DNA of 64,000 nucleotides. Origin: an uncultured Candidatus Rokubacteria bacterium. GTDB lineage: Bacteria > Methylomirabilota > Methylomirabilia > Rokubacteriales > DASRDR01. The stretch lies in contig CAWGVS010000010.1 of assembly GCA_963826115.1 (NCBI GenBank), positions 32,001 through 96,000 of the forward strand, given 5' to 3'. Below the pieces are notes generated by a model. That model ran no database searches. It saw nothing but the letters and a program-made list of their open reading frames with translations, and had not been told where the DNA came from. Numbering within the stretch: the first letter of the stretch is position 1; each line of letters opens with the position of its first letter. Positions 36,649 to 44,331 of this stretch are shown here, piece by piece. Both the position numbers and the translations under genes were made by a program.

Positions 36649-37950
36649 GTGACCCCGCAATCGAGCTTCGCGGTGGTGGCGCCGGTCGAGACGGGCCGGG
36701 TGGAGGCCCTGCGGACCCTCCTCGCCACCATGAACCACCGGCCGGGGGTGGTGGACCCGGAGAACGCGCTCGTGCCGTTCGGCCGGTTCGAGCAGATCCA
36801 CTTCGCCCGCTTCGTCGTCCTCGACGACCCGACCGCCGACGACATCGCGGCCCACGGCGTCACGCCGCCTCGCTTTCCCGTGGCACTCGCCTTCGTCGGG
36901 GATTGCGACGGGCCCGCCGAGGAGTGTCTCGCCGACCTCGCGGCGCGGGCTGGGCCGGGCCTCCGGCGCATCTTCGCGCACTGCCGCGGGCTGCCGGCGG
37001 ACGGAGACCTCGGCGCCTGGCTCAGGGCGCATGACGTCCCGGCGGCGACGCACTACGTGAACTGGGTGGGGCGCACGGTGGGGCAGGCTCGCGAGGAGAG
37101 CGCCCTCCGCCGGGCGCTCGAGGCGTACCTGGACGCGAACGCCCGCGCGCTCGCGTCGCGTGCGCCCGCCCAGGTCTTCGACGACCTGCGGGCCTTCGTC
37201 GCGCGGGAGCGCCAGGCCGGCCGCCTGAGCCTGACGCCCCCGGCACCGACCCCGGGCGCCTGGCGCCTCCGGAAACTCGTCCACCTGGTCGGCGTGCCCC
37301 TCGTCCTGCTGCTCGCCGCCCCGCTCCTCCTCGTGTACCTCCCGATCTTCGCGATCGTCCTCCGGCGCCGCGAGCGGTCCGACCCGGAGATCGCGCCGCG
37401 CCCGGATCCCGAGCACGTCAAGCGCCTCGCCGACCTCGAGGACCACGACATCACCAACCAGTTCAGCGCCATGGGCACGCTGAAGCCGGGCCTGTTCCGC
37501 CGGACGACGCTGGTCTTCGTGCTCTGGATCGTCGCCTACACGACGCGGCACATCTACACGCACGGGTTCCTCGCGCGGGTCGGGACGATCCACTTCGCGC
37601 GGTGGACCTTCCTGGACGGCAAGCGCCGGCTCCTGTTCGCCAGCAACTACGACGGGAGCCTGGAGAGCTACATGGACGACTTCATCAACAAGGTGGCCTT
37701 CGGGCTGAACGTCGTGTTCACGAACGGCGTGGGCTACCCGCGCACGCGCTGGCTCGCGCTCGACGGCGCCAAGGACGAGCAGAAGTTCAAGTACTTCATC
37801 CGCCGGCACGAGCTGGCCACCGAGGTCTGGTACAACGCGAACCCCGGTCTCACGGCCGTCGAGCTCGAGCGGAACGGCCGCATCCGCGCGGGCCTCGAGC
37901 GGCCGACGATGACCGACGCCGAGGCGCGCGAGTGGCTGCGGCTCCTGTGA
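36649..37950 (+). CDS. DyP-associated hypothetical protein with a duplicated IHFAR domain and a central TM segment
   Basis: QIHFARFVVL..DCDG and TIHFARWTFL..SNYDGSLESYMDDF flank a hydrophobic helix. Confidence 0.75.
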   Translation: MTPQSSFAVVAPVETGRVEALRTLLATMNHRPGVVDPENALVPFGRFEQIHFARFVVLDDPTADDIAAHGVTPPRFPVALAFVGDCDGPAEECLADLAARAGPGLRRIFAHCRGLPADGDLGAWLRAHDVPAATHYVNWVGRTVGQAREESALRRALEAYLDANARALASRAPAQVFDDLRAFVARERQAGRLSLTPPAPTPGAWRLRKLVHLVGVPLVLLLAAPLLLVYLPIFAIVLRRRERSDPEIAPRPDPEHVKRLADLEDHDITNQFSAMGTLKPGLFRRTTLVFVLWIVAYTTRHIYTHGFLARVGTIHFARWTFLDGKRRLLFASNYDGSLESYMDDFINKVAFGLNVVFTNGVGYPRTRWLALDGAKDEQKFKYFIRRHELATEVWYNANPGLTAVELERNGRIRAGLERPTMTDAEAREWLRLL

Positions 37951-37963
37951 GGGAGGCCCGACG

Positions 37964-39454
37964 ATGACAGGGGACGCGGTCGACTACGGCGACGTCCAGG
38001 GGCTCGTGCGCTACGCCTACGCGCACATGACCGAGGCGCGCTTCCTCCTCGTCCGCGTGGCGGACCCCGCGGCCGCGCGCGCGTGGCTGCGCGCCGCGCC
38101 CGTCACGACGGCCGCCCGGTCGGCGCCGCGGCCGACCACGGCGCTCCAGGTGGCCTTCACGCGCGAGGGGCTCGAGGCGCTCGGCGTGCCCGCCGGCGTC
38201 CTCCAGGGGTTCTCCGCGGAGTTCCAGTCGGGGATGGCCGGAGAGGAGAGCCGGTCCCGCCGCCTCGGCGACGTCGGGGTCAGCAGCCCGGCCGAGTGGC
38301 AGTGGGGCGGGCCCGGGGCGGTGCCGCACGCCGTCGTGATGCTGTACGCCGAGCTCGGCCGGCTGGAGCCCTGGACGTCGTCGGTGACCCGCGACCCCTG
38401 GAACGCGGCATTCCGGGTGCTGCCCAGCCCGCCGCCGATCCCGCTCGATCGCCTGGAGCCGTTCGGCTTCGTCGACGGCATCAGCCAGCCCGTCCTCGAC
38501 TGGGCCCAGCGCCGCATCGTCGACGGGCGCGACCAGATCGAGTACGGGAACGTCCTGTCGCTCGGCGAGGTCCTGCTCGGCTACCCGAACGAGTACGGCA
38601 AGGTCACCGACCGCCCGCTGATCGACGGCGGGAACGCGCGGGGCGCCGGCCTCCCGGCCGCTACCGGCGCGCCCGGTCAGGCCGACCTGGGGCTGAACGG
38701 CAGCTATCTCGTCGTCCGCCAGCTCCGCCAGGACGTCGACGGCTTCTGGCAGTTCCTGCGCCGGCAGGGGAACGGCGACCCGCAGGCCGGTCAGGTGCTC
38801 GCGGAGGCCATGGTGGGCCGCGCGCTCACCGGCGAGCCGCTGCTCGCCGCCGGCGGGCCGCCCATCGCGGGCGTCGACGCCCGCACGCCCGACGAGGTCC
38901 GGTACAACCAGTTCACCTTCGACGCCGACGCGAACGGCACCCGGTGCCCGATCGGCGCCCACATCCGGCGGGCGAACCCGCGGAACGCCGACGTACCCGG
39001 CCGGCCGTCCGGGCTCCTCGGCCGGCTGGTCCGCACCCTCGGCTTCGGCCGGAAGAGCTTCCGCGAGGACGCGGTCGCCTCGGCCCGTTTCCACCGCCTC
39101 CTGCGGCGCGGGCGCGCGTACGGCCCCTGGCCGCCGGGAACAGCCGGCGACGGCGAGCGCGGCATCTACTTCATCGCGCTCAACGGGAACATCGCGCGCC
39201 AGTTCGAGTTCGTGCAGAGCGCCTGGATGATGGGCACCAAGTTCGACGGGCTCGGCGAGGAGAGCGACCCCCTCATCGGCGCGCGCGACCCCCTGCCGGG
39301 GTGCCCGGTCACGAGCGTGTTCTCGCTCCCCCAGGCCGGCGGGCTCCGGCGCCGCGTCACGGGCCTCCCGCGGTTCGTCACGGTCCGGGGCGGCGCGTAC
39401 TTCTTCCTGCCGGGGCTGCGCGCGCTCCGCTACCTCACGAGCTTCGGGAGCTGA
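37964..39454 (+). CDS. Dye-decolorizing (DyP-type) peroxidase
   Basis: DVQGLV, EPFGFVDGISQP (GxxDG), CPIGAHIRRANPR, LLRRGRAYG, RQFEFVQ. Confidence 0.9.
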   Translation: MTGDAVDYGDVQGLVRYAYAHMTEARFLLVRVADPAAARAWLRAAPVTTAARSAPRPTTALQVAFTREGLEALGVPAGVLQGFSAEFQSGMAGEESRSRRLGDVGVSSPAEWQWGGPGAVPHAVVMLYAELGRLEPWTSSVTRDPWNAAFRVLPSPPPIPLDRLEPFGFVDGISQPVLDWAQRRIVDGRDQIEYGNVLSLGEVLLGYPNEYGKVTDRPLIDGGNARGAGLPAATGAPGQADLGLNGSYLVVRQLRQDVDGFWQFLRRQGNGDPQAGQVLAEAMVGRALTGEPLLAAGGPPIAGVDARTPDEVRYNQFTFDADANGTRCPIGAHIRRANPRNADVPGRPSGLLGRLVRTLGFGRKSFREDAVASARFHRLLRRGRAYGPWPPGTAGDGERGIYFIALNGNIARQFEFVQSAWMMGTKFDGLGEESDPLIGARDPLPGCPVTSVFSLPQAGGLRRRVTGLPRFVTVRGGAYFFLPGLRALRYLTSFGS

Positions 39455-39518
39455 CCATCCGTACCGGCGATGGGGCCCTGGCACTCCGGACGGCGCGGCC
39501 GAGACGGGAGAGAGCCGG

Positions 39519-40754
39519 GTGCTGCTGAAGAGGTTCCACGACGCGGCCCTCGAGCTGATGAAGCTGGAGCGCCGCGTCGATCCGTTCTTCCGCCCGCCGC
39601 TCGACGCCATCTTCCAGGAGCCCGTGGCCTGGTTCCTCCAGGTCCTGATCAACCGCCGCCGCCCGGCCGAGGGGCTCGCGCTCGCCGAGGAGAGGCTTCT
39701 GCCCGGCGAGGACGCCTTTCTCGACTCGATCATCCGGGACATGGCCGCCTACATGCGCGCGCACTACGCGCCGGGCGGGTTCCAGCGCGCGGGGAACACG
39801 AAGACGCACGGCGTGCTCCGCGGCGAGTTCACCGTGCGTCCCGACGTGCCGGTCGAGTGGCGGCACGGCGTTCTCGCCGAGCCCCGGACCTTCCGGGCCT
39901 GGGTCCGGTTCGCCGGGCCCGGACCGGCGAGCCCACCAGACATCGAGGAGGTCGGCGTCCTCAGCATCGGCGTCAAGCTGATGGGCGTACCGGGCCCGAA
40001 GCTCCTCGACGACGAGCGCTTCACGCAGGACTTCACGGGCATCAGCGCCCCCACCTTCACGACGCCCGACGTGCGCGAGAACGCGAAGCTCCAGGCCGCG
40101 AGTCTTCGCGGAACGCCGCTCTTCTACTTCATCAACCCGTTCGACTCCCACCTGCTGGACGGGCTCATGCAGGGGCTGTGGGCGCGGACGCAGACCAGTC
40201 CGCTCGAGACCCCGTACTGGGGCTGCGTGCCCTTCCTCCTCGGCGAGGGGCGCGCCATGCAGTACTCCTTCCGCCCGCGGCTGACGACGCGGAGCCGGGT
40301 GCCGCGCCTGCCGCGGCGGCCGCCCGACCACTACCTCCGCGAGGCCATGGCGGCCACGCTCGCGCGGCAGGACGTCGAGTTCGACTTCCTGATCCAGATC
40401 CAGACCGACGCCCACCGCATGCCCATCGAGCACGCGTCGGTCCGCTGGCCGGAGCGGCTCTCGCGCCCGGTGCCGGTGGCGACGCTGCGGCTCCCGCGCC
40501 AGACGTTCGACTCCCCCGCTCAGCTCGCGTTCGCCCACAACCTCTCCTTCAATCCCTGGCACACGGTCGCCGCCCACCGGCCCCTCGGGAACCAGAACCG
40601 GGGCCGCCGGCGCCTCTACGTGGAGCTCTCGCGGCTCCGGCAGTCCATGAACGCCACGCCGCACGTGGAGCCGACCGGCGACGAGATGTTCGAGCATGCC
40701 GCGCGCGGGTCCGACGGGCCGCCCGACCGGACGCGTCCACGGAGTCGAGCGTGA
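39519..40754 (+). CDS. Catalase-fold heme protein with Asn in place of the distal His
   Basis: RAGNTKTHG where RxxHxKxHG is expected; WVRF, MPIEHASVRW, LSFNPWH, RPLGNQNRGRRRLY (proximal Tyr). Confidence 0.85.
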   Translation: MLLKRFHDAALELMKLERRVDPFFRPPLDAIFQEPVAWFLQVLINRRRPAEGLALAEERLLPGEDAFLDSIIRDMAAYMRAHYAPGGFQRAGNTKTHGVLRGEFTVRPDVPVEWRHGVLAEPRTFRAWVRFAGPGPASPPDIEEVGVLSIGVKLMGVPGPKLLDDERFTQDFTGISAPTFTTPDVRENAKLQAASLRGTPLFYFINPFDSHLLDGLMQGLWARTQTSPLETPYWGCVPFLLGEGRAMQYSFRPRLTTRSRVPRLPRRPPDHYLREAMAATLARQDVEFDFLIQIQTDAHRMPIEHASVRWPERLSRPVPVATLRLPRQTFDSPAQLAFAHNLSFNPWHTVAAHRPLGNQNRGRRRLYVELSRLRQSMNATPHVEPTGDEMFEHAARGSDGPPDRTRPRSRA

Positions 40755-43609
40755 CGCGGCGGGGGCCCGCGATCGGGCTTCTCCTCGGGGCTGCGCTCCT
40801 TGCGGGCGGGTGCGACGACGGGCCGGGTGACGTGGAAGCCTGTCTCCGCGCCGCGTGGGCCGGCATCCGCTCGATCGCCGAGGACCGCGCCCACCGGTTC
40901 CTCGGCAAGGTGGGGGAGGACCGCGCCCGGTGCCGCGGCGGCGCCCGGGCGGTTGCGCGGCGGCCCGGGCCGTGGGTGGACTGGCCGAACTACTGGGCCA
41001 CGGGCGACGCCGGCAGCCGAGCCGCGCGGTGGGGCGACCGCACGCGGTTCCTCCGCCCGGACGGGCGCGGTCTCGACGGCGCGCTCATCGACCTCGAGTA
41101 CCAGCGCGTCGAGCTCCTGCGCTTCAACCTCCTGGACAACAGCGGCACCTATCCCGACTACGCCCGCGGCCGCGACGGGGTCGCGGGACCCGCGCTTCGC
41201 GTCTGGCCCGCGATGCGGTTGCCGCCGGAGCACCCGAGCTACGCGGCGGTGGGCGGCGCCGGCGAGCAGCGCTGCGCCGGCGCGCTGATCCGGCATCGCG
41301 CGCTGACCGGGATCTGCAACGACCTCCGCAACCCGCTCATGGGATCGGCGGGCATGCCGTTCGCGCGGAACGTCGAGTTCGAGGCGACCTTCCCGGACCT
41401 CGGCCGGACCGAGCTCGCCCGGAACCGCCACGGCGGGCGCCTCGGTCTCCTCCGGCCCGACCCGCAGGTGGTGAGCCGCCGCCTTCTGAGCCGAGAGACG
41501 GCGTCGCCCGACACGTGCCACGAGGGCCGCGGCCTCCCTGGCCACGCGGCCGCGGCGCGGTGCCCCTACAAGGCCGCGCCCACGCTCAACGTCCTGGCGG
41601 CGTTCTGGATCCAGTTCATGACGCACGACTGGTTCTCCCACCTGACCGAGGGCCGGAACGCGACGGCGACGATCTCCACGGGCTGCGCGGTCGCCCGTGC
41701 CGGCGGCGTGGAGCGCCCGCTGACGGCCACCGACGTGGCCGGGCTCGGGTGCCGCCCCGCGGACCGGGCCGGGGCGGCGGCGGTCGACCAGGCCGCCGAC
41801 CCGCCGGTCTTCGAGCATCGTGGACAGACGCGCGTGGCCCGCGCCTACCGGACCACGCGCAACACCGTCACCGCGTGGTGGGACGCCTCCCAGCTCTACG
41901 GCCACGACGAGACGTCGCGGCGGCGCGTGAAGCGCGACCCCGAGGATCCGGCGAAGCTCCGCCTCCTGGTGCTGGGCGGCCGCGTGGCCGCGGGCGACCG
42001 GCTCGGCTACCTGCCGGTCTTCGAGACCGGGGATCCGATCAACCCGCTCTGGGCGGGGCAGGAGGCGACCGCGTTCCCCGACAACTGGAGCATCGGCCTC
42101 TCCTTCTTCCACAACGTGTTCGCGCGCGAGCACAACCTCGTGGTCGACGCGTTCCGGGCGGCGGGGCGCGCCACGCCCGACGCCGACTCGGGCCTCCGGG
42201 ATCCGGCGAAGCCCGCGCGGGTTCTCCGCTACCGCGACCTGTCGGACGACGAGCTGTTCGAGGTGGCGCGCCTCGTGATCGCGGCGGAGATCGCGAAGAT
42301 CCACACCGTCGAGTGGACGCCGCAGCTCCTCTACGACGAGCCCCTGCGCCTCGCGATGTCGGCGAACTGGTCGGGCCTCCTGGCCGACGACGCCCGCGCC
42401 CGGGCGGCGCTCGCCGGCGTCCTCCGCGCGCTCGCCGGGTCCCGGGACGCCGACCGCGCCGCCGCGTGGTACTCGGTCTTCGCCTCGGGCCCCGGGATCG
42501 TCGGGCTCGGCAGCCGCGTCTACGCCGACGGTCCGGTCGGCACGGTGGACGTCTGGAGCCTCGCGAACTCCGAGCACGTGAACGGCGGGACCCACCACTT
42601 CGGCTCGCCGTTCAACTTCCCCGAGGAATTCGTCACCGTCTACCGCCTGCACCCGATGCTCCCGGACCTCCTCGAGCTCCGGACGCTCGCGCCGGACCCG
42701 AACGTCGTCCGCCTCCGGATCCCGCTCCGCGACACGGTCCGCGTCGGGGCGACGCCCGCGATGCGGGAGCTCGGCCTCGCGACCTGGGCCCTGTCCCTGG
42801 GCCGCCAGCGCCTGGGCCGGCTCGCGCTTCGGAACCACCCGCGATTCCTGCAGGCCCTCGACCTGCCGGGCGCCAGCGGGAGCGGGAAGCTCGACGTCGT
42901 CGCCCTCGACCTCATCCGGGATCGCGAGCGCGGCGTGCCCCGCTTCAACGAGTTCCGCCGCCAGTACGGCCTCCGGCAGCTGACCAGCTTCGAGGACTTC
43001 GTGGACCGCACGCTTCCCCCGGGCGCGCCCGACCGCGTCGAGCAAGAGCGGCTGGTCGGGGTCCTGCGCGAAGTGTACGGACAGCACCGGTGCGACGCGG
43101 GGAAGCCGATCACCACCGCCCAGGTGAACGCGGACGGCACGCCCATCGACGACTGCCTGGGGCATCCCGACGGCAGCCCGGTCGACAACGTGGAGGATCT
43201 CGACACCGTGGTCGGCTGGCTCGCGGAGCCCACGCGGCCCCACGGGTTCGCGATCTCCGAGACGCAGTTCCAGGTGTTCGTCCTGAACGCCTCGCGGCGT
43301 CTCTTCAGCGACCGCTTCTTCACCTCGAGCTTCCGGCCCGAGTTCTACGGCCACCTCGGCCTCCGCTGGGTCGCCGACAACGGTCCCGACGGGCCGATGC
43401 AGGAGCGCGCCGCGCCGGGGGCGCCCGCGGCCCGAGCGGTGGATGTCTCTCCGCTGAAGCGGGTGCTCCTGCGGACGATCCCGGAGCTCGCGCCCGAGCT
43501 CGCCCACGTGGTCAACGTCTTCGACCCGTGGGCGCGCGCCAGAGCGGACTACTACTCCGTGGCCTGGCGGCCCCGGCCCGACGCCGAGGCCGACGAGGCC
43601 TTCCGCTAG
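40751..43609 (+). CDS. Peroxidase-cyclooxygenase superfamily lipoprotein, fatty-acid alpha-dioxygenase-like
   Basis: Lipobox LLAGGC; FWIQFMTHDW, WWDASQLYG, IAKIHTVEWT, EEFVTVYRLH, DRERGVPRFNEFRR, ASRRLFSDRFFT. Confidence 0.88.
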   Translation: MTRRGPAIGLLLGAALLAGGCDDGPGDVEACLRAAWAGIRSIAEDRAHRFLGKVGEDRARCRGGARAVARRPGPWVDWPNYWATGDAGSRAARWGDRTRFLRPDGRGLDGALIDLEYQRVELLRFNLLDNSGTYPDYARGRDGVAGPALRVWPAMRLPPEHPSYAAVGGAGEQRCAGALIRHRALTGICNDLRNPLMGSAGMPFARNVEFEATFPDLGRTELARNRHGGRLGLLRPDPQVVSRRLLSRETASPDTCHEGRGLPGHAAAARCPYKAAPTLNVLAAFWIQFMTHDWFSHLTEGRNATATISTGCAVARAGGVERPLTATDVAGLGCRPADRAGAAAVDQAADPPVFEHRGQTRVARAYRTTRNTVTAWWDASQLYGHDETSRRRVKRDPEDPAKLRLLVLGGRVAAGDRLGYLPVFETGDPINPLWAGQEATAFPDNWSIGLSFFHNVFAREHNLVVDAFRAAGRATPDADSGLRDPAKPARVLRYRDLSDDELFEVARLVIAAEIAKIHTVEWTPQLLYDEPLRLAMSANWSGLLADDARARAALAGVLRALAGSRDADRAAAWYSVFASGPGIVGLGSRVYADGPVGTVDVWSLANSEHVNGGTHHFGSPFNFPEEFVTVYRLHPMLPDLLELRTLAPDPNVVRLRIPLRDTVRVGATPAMRELGLATWALSLGRQRLGRLALRNHPRFLQALDLPGASGSGKLDVVALDLIRDRERGVPRFNEFRRQYGLRQLTSFEDFVDRTLPPGAPDRVEQERLVGVLREVYGQHRCDAGKPITTAQVNADGTPIDDCLGHPDGSPVDNVEDLDTVVGWLAEPTRPHGFAISETQFQVFVLNASRRLFSDRFFTSSFRPEFYGHLGLRWVADNGPDGPMQERAAPGAPAARAVDVSPLKRVLLRTIPELAPELAHVVNVFDPWARARADYYSVAWRPRPDAEADEAFR

Positions 43610-43620
43610 GAGGGAACGCC

Positions 43621-44232
43621 ATGCTGGACCCCCAGTCGATCGGCCTCGCGGCGCGCCACGTCGAGGGACTCGCCATCCTCTTGTCCGGCAGCTTCGCGAT
43701 CTGGCTCGGGTACCGCCTGAGCCTCGGCATGCCGCTTGCGGCGCGCGGCAAGGGCCGGCTCCCGCTCCCGGGCGGCCGGTGGCTCGCCGTCCCCGGCGTC
43801 GGACCCGGGATGCTCTTCACCCTGTTCGGCGCCGGCGTGCTCGCCTCCGGGCTCGACCACGAGACGCAGGAGACCCGGCGTCCCGCCGCGGCCGCGGTGC
43901 GCGCCCTCCCGTCGCCCGGCTCACCGAGCCCGGCGTTCGAGGGCGTCTTCGAGGGCCGTGTGACCGATACGGCACGGGCGCTGCCGGCGCGCACCGTGCT
44001 CTGGCGCGAGGGCGACCGCGTGACCGGCGTGTACAGCTACGGCCTGGGCCAGGGCGAGCTGTCGGGAGTCGTCCAGGACGGCACGCTCACCGTCGTCTGG
44101 CAGTCGGGCGGGCGCCACGGCCTCGCCCGGATTTGGACGGCGGCGGGCGGTGTCGAGTTCGACGGAACCTGGGGCTATGGCGAGGCGGCCGCCGGCGGCG
44201 GCACGTGGACCGGGGCGCGACGTGGCCGGTGA
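43621..44232 (+). CDS. Hypothetical membrane protein with a C-terminal beta domain
   Basis: Two TM segments (LGYRL; GPGMLFTLFGAGVL), then VTGVYSY..FDGTWGYG..GTWTG. Confidence 0.65.
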   Translation: MLDPQSIGLAARHVEGLAILLSGSFAIWLGYRLSLGMPLAARGKGRLPLPGGRWLAVPGVGPGMLFTLFGAGVLASGLDHETQETRRPAAAAVRALPSPGSPSPAFEGVFEGRVTDTARALPARTVLWREGDRVTGVYSYGLGQGELSGVVQDGTLTVVWQSGGRHGLARIWTAAGGVEFDGTWGYGEAAAGGGTWTGARRGR

Positions 44233-44331
44233 CGCGGGCGGCGTGCGCGCCAGCGGCGACCGGCCCGACCCGGCCGCGGCGCCCATGACCTCGAGCTGCC
44301 GTCGCAAGCCGGCAGAGGCGGGAGGCATCCG

